DNA of 33,846 nucleotides from Paracoccaceae bacterium. Its GTDB lineage: Bacteria; Pseudomonadota; Alphaproteobacteria; Rhodobacterales; Rhodobacteraceae. The notes beneath the pieces are model-generated. The model was not told where the DNA came from, did not search any database, and worked only from the letters and a program-made list of their open reading frames with translations. Location of the stretch: NCBI GenBank assembly GCA_011525185.1, contig WTIQ01000240.1, positions 1 through 33,846 of the forward strand, read 5' to 3'. Below, piece by piece: positions 9,632-18,864 of this stretch. Every line of letters begins with the position of its first letter. Within the stretch, counting starts at the first letter, position 1. Made by a program: the position numbers and the translations under genes.

Positions 9632-10129
9632 ATGACCGAAGAAACACAAACAGCTACTCAACCCTCAATGAACATTCTTGCCCAGTTTATTCGAGATATG
9701 TCGTTTGAAAATATCTTGTCGCAAAAAGGAGCGTCTGGCGATGTGCAGCCTGATGTTCAAGTCAAAGTGAATATGGACGCCAAAAAGCGGCAAGCCGAAA
9801 ACCAATACGAGGTGATTGTTAAGCTGAATGTTGAGTCAGTTTCCAAAACAAACCAAGCCCCCCTCTTTGTGCTCGAGTTGGAATATGGTGGTATTTTTCA
9901 GGTCAGCGGCGTGCAAGAAGATCAATTACACCCTTATCTTTTGATTGAATGCCCTCGCATGCTCTTTCCTTTTATGCGTCGCATTGTCAGTGACGTCACA
10001 AGAGACGGTGGCTTCCCGCCGCTCAATTTGGAATACATTGATTTTGTTCAGCTCTACAAAAATGAGGTTTTGCGGAGGCAGGCCGAGGCAAAAGAGGCCG
10101 AAAAGTCGGGTAATGTGACAACACACTAG
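9632..10129 (+). CDS. secB: protein-export chaperone SecB
   Basis: 165 aa of SecB type (MNILAQFIRDMSFEN...LLIECPRMLFPFMRRIVSDVTRDGGFPPLNLEYIDF). Confidence 0.92.
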   Translation: MTEETQTATQPSMNILAQFIRDMSFENILSQKGASGDVQPDVQVKVNMDAKKRQAENQYEVIVKLNVESVSKTNQAPLFVLELEYGGIFQVSGVQEDQLHPYLLIECPRMLFPFMRRIVSDVTRDGGFPPLNLEYIDFVQLYKNEVLRRQAEAKEAEKSGNVTTH

Positions 10130-10166
10130 AGCGTGTGTTTATGGATTAGGCTAGGGCAATGCCCCT

Positions 10167-10865
10167 CTACTGGTACGTTTTCCACAGGGCTTCATCCCCC
10201 AACGTTTTGACAAATGCATTATGCGCGTCTTTTTCCTCTTGCGTTAAGCGGGAGGTAAGCGCTCTGGGTCGTATTATTTGCACGCTCCCTTTATTTTGTG
10301 CTTGGCCATCATTTTTTAGTGGGGTTATAGACTGTCCTAATTCAAAATCGGGCTGACGACCGCCTGTAAGCTCTAGATAAACTTCTGCTAAAATCTCGCT
10401 GTCCAACAATGCGCCGTGTAAGGTGCGCATGGAGTTGTCGATATTAAATCTCCGACAAAGCGAGTCTAAAGACACTGACGCACCTGGAAATTTACGCCGT
10501 GCTATCATTAATGTGTCAATCGCTTGATCATTCGGCAAAGTACGCAAATTCAGGTTAGACAACTCATGGTTCAAAAACCGCATGTCAAAAGACGCGTTAT
10601 GGATGACCATTTTGGAGTGTTGCACAAAGTCCAAAAATTCCTGCGCTATCTTTTCAAAAATTGGTTTGTCTGACAAAAATGCTTCGCTCAATCCATGAAC
10701 GGCAAAGGCCTCTTCTGGCATCGAGCGTTGTGGATTGATATATTGATGATATGTCTTACCAGTTGGCATCTGGTTCCAAAGCTCCACCGCGCCAATTTCT
10801 ACAATTCTATGCCCTTGAGTTGGGTCTAACCCAGTGGTTTCTGTATCTAAGACAATCTCTCTCAT
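10167..10865 (-). CDS. dnaQ: DNA polymerase III epsilon (proofreading exonuclease) subunit
   Basis: 232 aa. It has the Exo I motif LDTETTGLDP, Exo II (HNASFDMRFLN) and Exo III (HGALLDSEILAEVY). Confidence 0.95.
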   Translation of the reverse strand: MREIVLDTETTGLDPTQGHRIVEIGAVELWNQMPTGKTYHQYINPQRSMPEEAFAVHGLSEAFLSDKPIFEKIAQEFLDFVQHSKMVIHNASFDMRFLNHELSNLNLRTLPNDQAIDTLMIARRKFPGASVSLDSLCRRFNIDNSMRTLHGALLDSEILAEVYLELTGGRQPDFELGQSITPLKNDGQAQNKGSVQIIRPRALTSRLTQEEKDAHNAFVKTLGDEALWKTYQ

Positions 10866-11449
10866 GTGATCCTCTGTAGAGTATCGGATACTATCTCTCT
10901 GACTTGATTTTGAGCGTGCTCTAATGTGTCTGTGTGAATGATATAATCTGATCTATCTAGCTTTTCTTCTATCGGCATTTGTTTTTGCAAAATCAGTGTG
11001 AGATCATCTTCTGACATCGTTCCACGATCTAAAACTCGTTTTTTCTGCGTTTCAGCATCCACATAAACGCAGGCAACAGCGTTCATCCGTTTATTACCAC
11101 CTGTTTCGAAAAGTAACGGTATGTCAAAAACAAGTATATCGGCTCGCGACTGTTCGGCAAAGGTCTGACGATCTTGTGCAACCAACGGGTGAACAATGTG
11201 TTCTATTTTTTCGAATCCCGACTTGTCCTGCTGCAAAATAGCGCGCAGCTTTGAGCGGGAGACAGCATTATCTTCAATCGCACTTGGAAAAACTTCGCGT
11301 ATCGAGGCGACAGCGTCGCCGTTTTGTGAGTACAGTCGGTGCACCGCGGCATCTGCATCCCAAACATCACAACCCAATTCACGAAAGAACGCTGCTGTAG
11401 TGGACTTTCCCATGCCGATTGAGCCTGTTAATCCCAACCAGAAGCTCAT
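10862..11449 (-). CDS. coaE: dephospho-CoA kinase
   Basis: I chose the start MSFWLGLTGSIGMGKST (P-loop) at 11449, which forms an ATGA overlap with the aroE stop. The 38-aa N-terminal extension in the ORF track lies inside aroE and looks spurious. Confidence 0.9.
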   Translation of the reverse strand: MSFWLGLTGSIGMGKSTTAAFFRELGCDVWDADAAVHRLYSQNGDAVASIREVFPSAIEDNAVSRSKLRAILQQDKSGFEKIEHIVHPLVAQDRQTFAEQSRADILVFDIPLLFETGGNKRMNAVACVYVDAETQKKRVLDRGTMSEDDLTLILQKQMPIEEKLDRSDYIIHTDTLEHAQNQVREIVSDTLQRIT

Positions 11450-12276
11450 GATAATAAAAGCTCTCGAAGCTCGGCAGTGACCTGTGGGCGGATACCAAAC
11501 CAACGCTCGAAACCTGGCACGGCTTGATGCAACAACATGCCAAACCCATCTACTGTCCGACACCCTCTGTCCTCTGCCGCTTTCAATAGTCCCGTTCTTA
11601 AGGGTGTATACACAATATCTGTTACAACCGCGTCACGTGATAGAGGTGTCAGGTCTATGTCCAGCTCTGGATTTCCAACCATCCCAAGCGATGTTGTGTT
11701 TACGACCGTAGCCGCATGTTGCAAGGCACTAGGTATCTCTTCCCAATCTTTAACGCGCACACTCGGGCCAAACTCTTGGGCAAGATCTTCTGCCCGGCTG
11801 CGGGTGCGATTGAGCAAAATGATATCCTCACTTCCCTCCTCTAAAACGGCTGCTAGAATTCCCCGTGCTGCACCCCCTGCCCCAAGCACAACGGTTGTGC
11901 CCTGTTTCGCTGACCATGTAGGGATGTGCTCTTTAATATTGTTCACAAATCCCACCCCGTCTGTATTATCCGCACTATAACCGCCATCTTGATCAAAAAT
12001 GAGCGTATTGGCTGCACCAACCTTTCTCGCGCGCGCTGTGGCGTTGCTCGCAAATTTCAGTGCAGCCTCTTTATGTGGTATGGTGACATTTGCCCCCACA
12101 AAACCCATTTTTGGCAAGGTCTGAACAACTTCGTGAAAGTTCTCTGGACTAACATCTATAGGGATATAAAACCCTGCTATCTCATATGATTTAAGCCAGT
12201 GGCCATGCAACATGGGCGATTTGCTATGTGCGACGGGTGAGCCGATAACAGCAACAAGCGGAATTTTATGCGCCAT
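11446..12276 (-). CDS. aroE: shikimate 5-dehydrogenase
   Basis: The N-terminus reads VIGSPVAHSKSPMLHGHWL, followed by NVTIPHKE and the GAGGAARG NADP loop. I favour the start at ATG 12276 (MAHKIPL...) by comparison with AroE N-termini. The TTG at 12300 is an alternative. Confidence 0.9.
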   Translation of the reverse strand: MAHKIPLVAVIGSPVAHSKSPMLHGHWLKSYEIAGFYIPIDVSPENFHEVVQTLPKMGFVGANVTIPHKEAALKFASNATARARKVGAANTLIFDQDGGYSADNTDGVGFVNNIKEHIPTWSAKQGTTVVLGAGGAARGILAAVLEEGSEDIILLNRTRSRAEDLAQEFGPSVRVKDWEEIPSALQHAATVVNTTSLGMVGNPELDIDLTPLSRDAVVTDIVYTPLRTGLLKAAEDRGCRTVDGFGMLLHQAVPGFERWFGIRPQVTAELRELLLS

Positions 12277-12871
12277 GATCCATACCTTTATATCCTTCAA
12301 AAAAGGTTTTTACCTCCAACACTGGTAAGCCAAGAATAGAAAAGTAATCCCCTGAAATCTTTTCAAAAAGCTGCAAGCCCTCTTTTTCGATCATATAACC
12401 GCCTACTGTATGCTGAATTTCACTCCAATTTGTTTTTACATACTCTTCTATGTCTGCGCGAGAGAATACTCGCATTGTTAAAGTGGCTTGCCCTATATGT
12501 CGCCATTTAGGCGATCCACCGTGATACACGACAGCCGCGGACAAAAGAGTGTGTGTTTGGCCCGAGAATATGGCAAGCTGATTTACAAGGTCCTGAGGCG
12601 ACTTTGGCTTAGAATACAACGCGCCTTTATGTGTTAAAACCTGATCTGCACCCAATACAAGGTCGTTAGGATAAAGAGAGCTCACTTTACGCGCTTTCAT
12701 CTCTGCAAGAGTGTCAGCGATATCGCGCGGTGCTGCGCCATCGTCTAGCATCGCATGTTTAACCGCCTCTTCATCTATTGCCGCTTTTATTGTGATGTGT
12801 GGAATCGCGGAATTATGCAAAAGCTGCGATCTTATTTCGGAACCAGACGCCAATTTAATCTGTGTCGACAT
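12266..12871 (-). CDS. maf: Maf-like nucleoside-triphosphate pyrophosphatase
   Basis: 201 aa of Maf family (KLASGSEIRSQLL...LVLGADQVL...GGYMIE). Confidence 0.88.
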   Translation of the reverse strand: MSTQIKLASGSEIRSQLLHNSAIPHITIKAAIDEEAVKHAMLDDGAAPRDIADTLAEMKARKVSSLYPNDLVLGADQVLTHKGALYSKPKSPQDLVNQLAIFSGQTHTLLSAAVVYHGGSPKWRHIGQATLTMRVFSRADIEEYVKTNWSEIQHTVGGYMIEKEGLQLFEKISGDYFSILGLPVLEVKTFFEGYKGMDHGA

Positions 12872-12903
12872 GCTTGCTTCCTTTTAGGGTGCTTGAATTG
12901 TTC

Positions 12904-12912
12904 TGTGGATAA
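12904..12912 (-). promoter_or_regulatory. DnaA box, perfect consensus (TGTGGATAA, = TTATCCACA on minus)
   Basis: Exact 9/9 match read directly from the sequence. Confidence 0.6.
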
Positions 12913-12982
12913 TATGTCTAAAATTACCGATACTATTACAAAGCGTTTTTTATCAAGCATCCATCCCTCAAAACTCCAACGA

Positions 12983-12999
12983 TTATCCTCTCTGGATAA
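12983..12999. promoter_or_regulatory. DnaA-box-like inverted pair, TTATCCTCT / TCTGGATAA
   Basis: TTATCC-TCTCT-GGATAA is a perfect 6-bp inverted repeat. The right half, TCTGGATAA (12991-12999), is 8/9 to the consensus and the left half is 7/9. Confidence 0.45.
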
Positions 13000-13128
13000 G
13001 GATAATTTACAAAATGTGCACGATGTGAATAACTTGTCTCTATTGTAATTTACTCCCTGTTTATTTTCATATCTCATTGTTTTTAAAAGGTAATATTTCT
13101 TTAAACATATTAATCCAAATGGTTCTGC

Positions 13129-13162
13129 TGTGGATAGCTTTGTGATTAAAATTTAATCCACA
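13129..13162. promoter_or_regulatory. convergent pair of 8/9 DnaA boxes, TGTGGATAG (13129-13137) and TAATCCACA (13154-13162)
   Basis: Read directly from the sequence. TGTGGAT...ATCCACA is a 7-bp inverted repeat with a 20-nt AT-rich spacer. Confidence 0.5.
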
Positions 13163-13245
13163 GAATTTTAGAACCCTACATCTTAATCATCTTCATATAT
13201 ATATATTTTTATATTATGAGTGAATAAACGATACGTGTTAATTAT

Positions 13246-13695
13246 ATGGCTGATTATCTCTCTAACCTTTATCCTTGGATTAAATCCATTCATATCATGG
13301 CGGTCATGTCATGGATGGCTGGGCTGTTCTATTTACCACGTGTCATGGTTTACCATGTAGAGCGCACAACGACTGGCGATATTTTGGATCAGACATTCCA
13401 AGTTATGGAATTTAAACTCCTTAAAGTTATTATGAACCCCGCGATGATAGTGACGTGGGTTTTTGGAGTCCTTCTGGCAGTCACGCCTGGGATCGTGGAT
13501 TGGTCAGAAACATGGCCCTGGGTTAAAGCGCTTTCTGTCATCGCTATGACCTGGTTTCACATCTGGTTGGCAAGACGGCGACGAATTTTTGAGCAAGGTG
13601 AAAATACCCTAAGCGGCAAACAATATAGGCTTATGAACGAAGTGCCAACTGTCCTCATGGTTTTTATCGTTTTTGCAGTCGTCGTGAAATTTTAA
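13246..13695 (+). CDS. hemJ: protoporphyrinogen IX oxidase HemJ (CopD-like, UPF0093)
   Basis: 149 aa, polytopic, with the family N-terminus WIKSIHIMAVMSWMAGLFYLPRVMVYH. Confidence 0.85.
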   Translation: MADYLSNLYPWIKSIHIMAVMSWMAGLFYLPRVMVYHVERTTTGDILDQTFQVMEFKLLKVIMNPAMIVTWVFGVLLAVTPGIVDWSETWPWVKALSVIAMTWFHIWLARRRRIFEQGENTLSGKQYRLMNEVPTVLMVFIVFAVVVKF

Positions 13696-13794
13696 TTTAT
13701 TGACTCGTGTAACGAGTTAACTTAGCAGACTACTGTCTGTCCTGACGAACTTATCACCTTTTTAACACAGCACACCTTGTGACAAGGGATTCCT

Positions 13795-15060
13795 ATGGAA
13801 CGTTTAAAACTTTCTGATCTTAAAATTAAAAGCCCGAAAGACCTTCTGGCCATGGCTGATGATCTTGAGATCGAAAATGCATCTACCCTTCGTAAGGGAG
13901 AGATTATGTTTCAAATCTTGCGCGAGCGTGCGGATGAAGGATGGGAAATTTCGGGGGATGGTGTCATCGAAGTTCTCCAAGATGGTTTTGGTTTTTTAAG
14001 ATCACCAGAAGCAAACTATCTCCCAGGGCCAGATGATATATATGTTTCACCAGAGATGATCCGTCGTTTTTCTCTGCGCACAGGTGATACAGTAGAGGGC
14101 GTGATGAGAGCGCCAGAAGAATCTGAGCGTTACTTTGCCCTTATAAATGTTGAAAAGATTAATTTTGAAGAGCCAGAAAAAGCTCGTCATAAGATAGCCT
14201 TCGATAACTTGACTCCTTTGTATCCTGATGAGCGGATGACAATGGAAATAGACGATCCAACGATAAAGGATCGCTCGGCACGGATTATTGATCTTGTCTC
14301 ACCAATTGGTAAGGGCCAGCGGTCTTTGATCGTGGCTCCGCCAAGGACGGGTAAAACTGTACTGTTGCAAAATATCGCCTCCAGCATCGAGAAAAATCAC
14401 CCTGAGTGTTATCTCATCGTTTTGCTTATCGATGAAAGACCAGAAGAGGTGACAGACATGCAGCGCTCGGTAAAGGGTGAGGTGATCTCTTCGACCTTTG
14501 ATGAGCCAGCGACCCGTCACGTTGCGGTGTCTGAAATGGTGATAGAAAAAGCGAAGCGTTTGGTTGAGCACAAACGGGATGTTGTTATTTTGCTCGACTC
14601 GATCACAAGATTAGGTCGTGCCTTCAATACAGTAATCCCATCCTCTGGTAAGGTTCTTACTGGGGGTGTCGATGCAAACGCCCTCCAAAGACCAAAGCGC
14701 TTTTTTGGCGCAGCGCGAAATATCGAAGAAGGCGGATCTCTTACGATTATTTCAACAGCTCTCATCGATACGGGAAGCCGTATGGATGAAGTCATTTTTG
14801 AGGAATTTAAAGGTACGGGAAATTCCGAGATTATTCTTGACCGTAAGGTGGCTGATAAGAGGGTCTTCCCAGCGATCGATATTCTTAAATCAGGCACCCG
14901 CAAGGAAGATCTCTTGGTGGATAAGGTTGATCTGCAAAAAACATTTGTCCTACGTCGGATTCTCAATCCGATGGGCACCACAGATGCCATCGAATTCCTT
15001 ATTTCAAAGCTGAAACAAACCAAGACGAATTCAGAGTTCTTTGACTCTATGAACACGTAA
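13795..15060 (+). CDS. rho: transcription termination factor Rho
   Basis: 421 aa with an N-terminal Rho RNA-binding domain (GFGFLR), Walker A PPRTGKT and the conserved C-terminus. Confidence 0.97.
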   Translation: MERLKLSDLKIKSPKDLLAMADDLEIENASTLRKGEIMFQILRERADEGWEISGDGVIEVLQDGFGFLRSPEANYLPGPDDIYVSPEMIRRFSLRTGDTVEGVMRAPEESERYFALINVEKINFEEPEKARHKIAFDNLTPLYPDERMTMEIDDPTIKDRSARIIDLVSPIGKGQRSLIVAPPRTGKTVLLQNIASSIEKNHPECYLIVLLIDERPEEVTDMQRSVKGEVISSTFDEPATRHVAVSEMVIEKAKRLVEHKRDVVILLDSITRLGRAFNTVIPSSGKVLTGGVDANALQRPKRFFGAARNIEEGGSLTIISTALIDTGSRMDEVIFEEFKGTGNSEIILDRKVADKRVFPAIDILKSGTRKEDLLVDKVDLQKTFVLRRILNPMGTTDAIEFLISKLKQTKTNSEFFDSMNT

Positions 15061-15086
15061 AATTACTATGGCGGAGTAGGGGTAAA

Positions 15087-16373
15087 ATGGATACGATTTT
15101 CGCCCTTGCGTCTTCTCCAGGAAAATCTGGTGTCGCCGTTGTCCGTGTGTCAGGCCCTAAGGCACCAGATTTAGGTCGTCAGCTGATTGGTGACTCACTA
15201 CGTCCTAGATATGCCCACTATGGAATTATTTGTGACGATGATGGACAACATATTGATGATGCGCTGATACTTTTTTTCGAAGGTCCCAAGAGTTTTACAG
15301 GCGAAGATGTCTTAGAGCTGCAAATCCATGGATCTATAGCCGTGGTATCAGCGGTATTAGCTTTTCTTGGTGCTAAAAAAGGACTTCGTCATGCAGAACC
15401 CGGTGAGTTTACACGACGGGCATTAGAAAATAATAAGCTTGATTTAAGTCAGGTCGAGGCTCTTTCTGATTTGGTGGAAGCGGAGACAGAAGGTCAAAGG
15501 CTTCAGGCACAGCGTGTTTTAAAGGGCGGACTGCGCGATAGGTGTGAGGGCTGGCGAACGCAGCTTATTCGGGCGGTGTCATTGCTCGAAGTATCCATTG
15601 ACTTTGCGGATGAGGACGTTCCAGAGGACGTCACGCCAGAGGTTATCGAGATTTTAGCCGTTGTATCATCATCGTTTGATCAAGAGCTCTCTAAGTCGGC
15701 TGGCGCGGAGCGAGTGAGAACGGGTTATGATGTGGCTATATTAGGAGCCCCCAACGTGGGTAAGTCGAGCCTTTTGAATTATCTGGTAGGTCGAGATGCG
15801 GCGATCACTTCTAAAATTGCTGGAACAACGAGGGATATTATAGAAGTCCAAATGGATTTATCAGGACTCCCCGTGACGTTCGTAGATACCGCTGGAGTTC
15901 GTGAGACAAGCGATGAGATCGAAAGAGAAGGAATAAAAAGGGCGATCATGCGTGCAGAGGAGGCGGACATTGCGCTCTTTCTTTCATTGGAGGGCGACCT
16001 GCCTGATGGTCTGGATGATATGCCAAATAGTTATATTATTCTAACGAAAGGAGATATAACGGGGCGCGATGAGGCTATTTCGGTAAAAACAGGAGCGGGA
16101 ATTGACAATCTGATTGATAAAGTGGTGACGGTATTGTCGGAAAAATTTCCCTCGAGCGGCGTCTTAATTCGGCAAAGGCATTTAGGTGCTGTTAGTCTGG
16201 CGCGAGATAGCGTAAATTGTGCATTGAATATGCTTCAGGATGAATCAGCTGTTTTTGAATTGGCGTCAGAGGAATTGCGGCGCGCCCTGCACCAACTAGA
16301 AATGCTTGTCGGTAGGGTGGATGTGGAGAACATACTGGATGAAATCTTTAGTAGCTTTTGCCTTGGTAAATAA
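15087..16373 (+). CDS. mnmE: tRNA modification GTPase MnmE
   Basis: 428 aa. It starts MDTIFALAS, has the G-domain motifs GAPNVGKSSL and DTAG, and ends in the C-terminal motif FCLGK. Confidence 0.95.
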   Translation: MDTIFALASSPGKSGVAVVRVSGPKAPDLGRQLIGDSLRPRYAHYGIICDDDGQHIDDALILFFEGPKSFTGEDVLELQIHGSIAVVSAVLAFLGAKKGLRHAEPGEFTRRALENNKLDLSQVEALSDLVEAETEGQRLQAQRVLKGGLRDRCEGWRTQLIRAVSLLEVSIDFADEDVPEDVTPEVIEILAVVSSSFDQELSKSAGAERVRTGYDVAILGAPNVGKSSLLNYLVGRDAAITSKIAGTTRDIIEVQMDLSGLPVTFVDTAGVRETSDEIEREGIKRAIMRAEEADIALFLSLEGDLPDGLDDMPNSYIILTKGDITGRDEAISVKTGAGIDNLIDKVVTVLSEKFPSSGVLIRQRHLGAVSLARDSVNCALNMLQDESAVFELASEELRRALHQLEMLVGRVDVENILDEIFSSFCLGK

Positions 16374-16376
16374 GGA

Positions 16377-18257
16377 TTGTTTCACGTGAAACATTTTGAT
16401 GTGATAGTTATTGGTGGTGGCCACGCGGGCTGCGAAGCTGCTGCGGCGTCTGCGCGGTTGAGTGCGCGTACAGCTCTTCTCACCTTTAACAAGGACGACT
16501 TAGGCACAATGTCGTGTAACCCGGCTATCGGCGGGCTTGGTAAAGGCCATCTCGTGCGTGAAATTGATGCGCTTGATGGTATAATGGCAAAAGCCGCCGA
16601 CTACGCAGGTATCCAATTTCGCCTACTTAATCGTAGAAAGGGACCAGCGGTGCAGGGGCCGCGTGCGCAATCCGATCGCTCAAGATACCGTCACGCTATT
16701 CAAAACCTTTTAAGCTCTTACAAAGATCTAGAGATTATCTTTGGAGAGGTGGTAGATTTCTTCGGCTCCGACGACGAGGTTTTGGGAGTCGTACTCTCCG
16801 ATGGATCCGTAATACAATCCAAAAAAGTCATTTTAACCACGGGCACGTTTCTGAACGGCGTAATTCACATAGGTGATAAATCTGAATCAGGTGGGCGCAT
16901 GGGCGCGCAGGCATCCAGTTTGCTGGCAAATAAAATTTATGGGTACGATCTCCCTATGGGCAGGCTTAAAACGGGGACGCCGCCGCGCTTGGATGGCCAG
17001 ACAATCAACTGGGAGCAGTTGGAAGAACAGCCAGGCGATGACGAGCCAACGTTTTTTTCATCTTTAACCAAGGCGCTGAGCTGTGAGCAAGTATCCTGCG
17101 GCATAACCCATACGAACGCACGCACGCATGAGATTATTCGAGCCAATCTCTCTAGATCTGCCATGTATGGGGGGCATATAGAGGGCATCGGCCCCCGCTA
17201 TTGTCCCTCTATAGAGGATAAGATCACAAGATTTGCTGATAAAAATGCGCATCAGATTTTTTTGGAGCCAGAGGGCCTAAATACGTCGGTTATCTATCCA
17301 AACGGTATTTCGACATCTTTACCGCAGGATGTTCAGGATGATTATGTTCGTTCAATATATGGGCTTGAGAATGCAAAAATAACGCAACCAGGTTATGCAA
17401 TTGAATATGATTACGTTGATCCTCGCTGTCTTGATAGCGATCTGTCTGTGAGATCTGTCAAAAACCTTTATTTTGCGGGTCAAATTAACGGCACTACTGG
17501 TTATACGGAAACGGCCGCACAGGGTTTGGTGGCGGGCCTGAGTGCGGCATTGTCCTGCTCCGGCAAAGATCCCGTCGTGTTTTCTCGACGAAACAGCTAC
17601 ATTGGTGTTATGATCGACGATCTGGTGACACGTGGTGTCCAAGAGCCCTATAGAATGTTTACGTCACGCGCCGAATATCGTCTGTCATTGCGAGCGGATA
17701 ACGCAGACCAGCGCCTGTCTCCAATTGGTAAGGAAATTGGGTGTATTTCAAATGAGCGTTGGGAAGCGTTTTCTAATAAAATGGACAAAATCGAAGTGCT
17801 TCGTAACGATTTACGCTCAAGCTCTTTTTCACCAAACGAGTTAAACGCGCAGGGGATTAATGTGGCGGCTGACGGGAATAGGCGATCGCTATACCAGGTG
17901 TTGTCGTTCCCCAAAGTCGGTTTTCTGGATCTTGTTGGGCTGGATAAAAGGCTGGAGCACGCAGAACCAGAGATTTATCGGCAGGTTGAGCGTGATGCCC
18001 TTTATGCGAATTATATTGAGCGGCAGGAAAAGGATGCCGAGAGACTTAAGAAAGACGAAGCAATCGCTATTCCAAAAGACTTTTCTTATGAAAAGATAGA
18101 GGGCCTTTCGGCAGAGCTTGCTGCTAAACTGAACTTGATTAAGCCCGAAAACATAGGACAGGCACAACGCATCGACGGAATGACTCCCGCTGCCATTCTT
18201 GTTATATTGGCCGGTCTTAAGGTAATTGAGCGTAATGCGCGGGCTGGAAATGCCTGA
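16377..18257 (+). CDS. mnmG: tRNA uridine 5-carboxymethylaminomethyl modification enzyme MnmG (GidA)
   Basis: 626 aa with the FAD motif [16 protein letters not shown] and GidA family sequence throughout. The start is TTG 16377 or GTG 16386. Confidence 0.97.
   Translation: MFHVKHFDVIVIGGGHAGCEAAAASARLSARTALLTFNKDDLGTMSCNPAIGGLGKGHLVREIDALDGIMAKAADYAGIQFRLLNRRKGPAVQGPRAQSDRSRYRHAIQNLLSSYKDLEIIFGEVVDFFGSDDEVLGVVLSDGSVIQSKKVILTTGTFLNGVIHIGDKSESGGRMGAQASSLLANKIYGYDLPMGRLKTGTPPRLDGQTINWEQLEEQPGDDEPTFFSSLTKALSCEQVSCGITHTNARTHEIIRANLSRSAMYGGHIEGIGPRYCPSIEDKITRFADKNAHQIFLEPEGLNTSVIYPNGISTSLPQDVQDDYVRSIYGLENAKITQPGYAIEYDYVDPRCLDSDLSVRSVKNLYFAGQINGTTGYTETAAQGLVAGLSAALSCSGKDPVVFSRRNSYIGVMIDDLVTRGVQEPYRMFTSRAEYRLSLRADNADQRLSPIGKEIGCISNERWEAFSNKMDKIEVLRNDLRSSSFSPNELNAQGINVAADGNRRSLYQVLSFPKVGFLDLVGLDKRLEHAEPEIYRQVERDALYANYIERQEKDAERLKKDEAIAIPKDFSYEKIEGLSAELAAKLNLIKPENIGQAQRIDGMTPAAILVILAGLKVIERNARAGNA
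16378..16393. promoter_or_regulatory. parS centromere site, perfect palindrome TGTTTCACGTGAAACA
   Basis: Exact 16/16 match to the canonical ParB-binding parS consensus. It lies in the first codons of mnmG. Confidence 0.85.
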
Positions 18258-18864
18258 GCTTTTGCCTGGACTAGATGTTTCACGTGAAACAATTTCTGCG
18301 CTCGAAGAATACGCTGCCCTACTTGCAAAATGGTCATCAAAAATAAATTTGGTTTCTAAATCAGATCGCAAGCAACTATGGGATCGCCATATTATGGATT
18401 CTGCGCAAATAATCCAAAATATTGGCGACACGTTTGAAAATTGGGTTGATCTGGGCAGCGGGGGCGGCTTGCCAGGTTTGGTGGTCTCAATCTTATCTAG
18501 AGAACTGTGTCCCGCACGAAAGATGATCTTAATAGAAAGCGACCAAAGAAAAGCGGTTTTTTTGCGCACCGCTATCCGACACCTCAACCTAAGTGCAACG
18601 GTCGACTCACGGAGAATCGAAGAGCATCAAAACAACGAGTATGGCGTAGTTTCAGCGCGCGCTTTGGCACCCCTTGAAAAATTAATAAGCTATAGTGATC
18701 CCCTTGTCGCAAAAGATGGGTATTGTTTATTCATGAAGGGGAGAAGCTGGGAAAAAGAAGTGTCAAATGCACAAAAAGAATGGAAATTTCACCTTGAAGC
18801 CATTAAAAGTAAAACCTCTGAACAAGCGGTTATACTGAAGATAGGGGATATAAGTCGTGCATGA
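18250..18864 (+). CDS. rsmG: 16S rRNA (guanine527-N7)-methyltransferase RsmG (GidB)
   Basis: The N-terminus reads [25 protein letters not shown], with the SAM motif [11 protein letters not shown] chose the ATG at 18250 (MPELL...), which overlaps the mnmG stop by 8 nt. Confidence 0.9.
   Translation: MPELLPGLDVSRETISALEEYAALLAKWSSKINLVSKSDRKQLWDRHIMDSAQIIQNIGDTFENWVDLGSGGGLPGLVVSILSRELCPARKMILIESDQRKAVFLRTAIRHLNLSATVDSRRIEEHQNNEYGVVSARALAPLEKLISYSDPLVAKDGYCLFMKGRSWEKEVSNAQKEWKFHLEAIKSKTSEQAVILKIGDISRA
18276..18291. promoter_or_regulatory. parS centromere site, second perfect copy of TGTTTCACGTGAAACA
   Basis: Identical 16-mer, 1898 bp from the first. It lies inside the rsmG 5' end, encoding D-V-S-R-E-T. 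Confidence 0.85.

Larger units (their letters stand above)
12872..13245. other. putative chromosomal replication origin (oriC): AT-rich divergent intergenic region with a DnaA-box cluster
   Basis: This is the longest non-coding gap in the window and is clearly more AT-rich than its flanks. It holds one perfect and three 1-mismatch DnaA boxes, several 2-mismatch ones, and a (TA)n/AT-rich tract at 13181-13245. The flanking synteny (maf-aroE-coaE-dnaQ on one side, rho-mnmE-gidAB-parAB on the other) is the usual alphaproteobacterial origin context. Confidence 0.55.

Noticed and set aside
10862-11563. Long 233-aa form of coaE with a 38-aa N-terminal extension. The same kind of extension appears on coxM (to 3583), rph (to 23130), hemW (to 21864), the pucC-like gene (to 33020) and msrA (to 29167).
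   Set aside because: The extensions run into the upstream gene and are Arg/Trp-rich nonsense. The internal starts give canonical N-termini, RBSs or ATGA coupling.
12755-13077. Two track ORFs (97 aa on plus, 81 aa on minus) inside the maf-hemJ gap
   Set aside because: They overlap each other and the maf 5' end. They lie in AT-rich DnaA-box DNA, have no RBS and show no coding-like composition. The region is better explained as the non-coding origin region.
12872-13245. CtrA boxes (TTAA-N7-TTAA) and GANTC methylation sites expected in a Caulobacter-type origin
   Set aside because: Several TTAA pairs are present, but those I checked have spacers of 3 or 5 nt, not 7. I saw no GANTC in the gap, so I make no such call.
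13696-13794. Short hairpins in the rho leader (ACTCG-TGTAA-CGAGT, CAGAC-TACT-GTCTG, CCTTG-TGA-CAAGG) as an attenuator
   Set aside because: Each stem is only 5 bp and there is no U-tract. Rho autoregulation is plausible from general knowledge, but the sequence alone does not support a specific structure.
14517-15056. 179-aa minus-strand ORF antisense to rho. The same reasoning applies to 19882-20418 (antisense to parB), 23290-23793 (antisense to hrcA), 11537-11980 (antisense to aroE) and 31495-31896 (antisense to the bchP/pucC-like genes).
   Set aside because: All lie inside well-supported genes on the other strand. They have Arg/Ser/Pro-biased shadow-frame composition and no motifs.
17889-18587. 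232-aa minus-strand ORF spanning the mnmG/rsmG junction
   Set aside because: It is entirely antisense to two strongly supported conserved genes. The sequence is low-complexity and Ser/Arg-rich with no recognisable motif. It is a shadow ORF.
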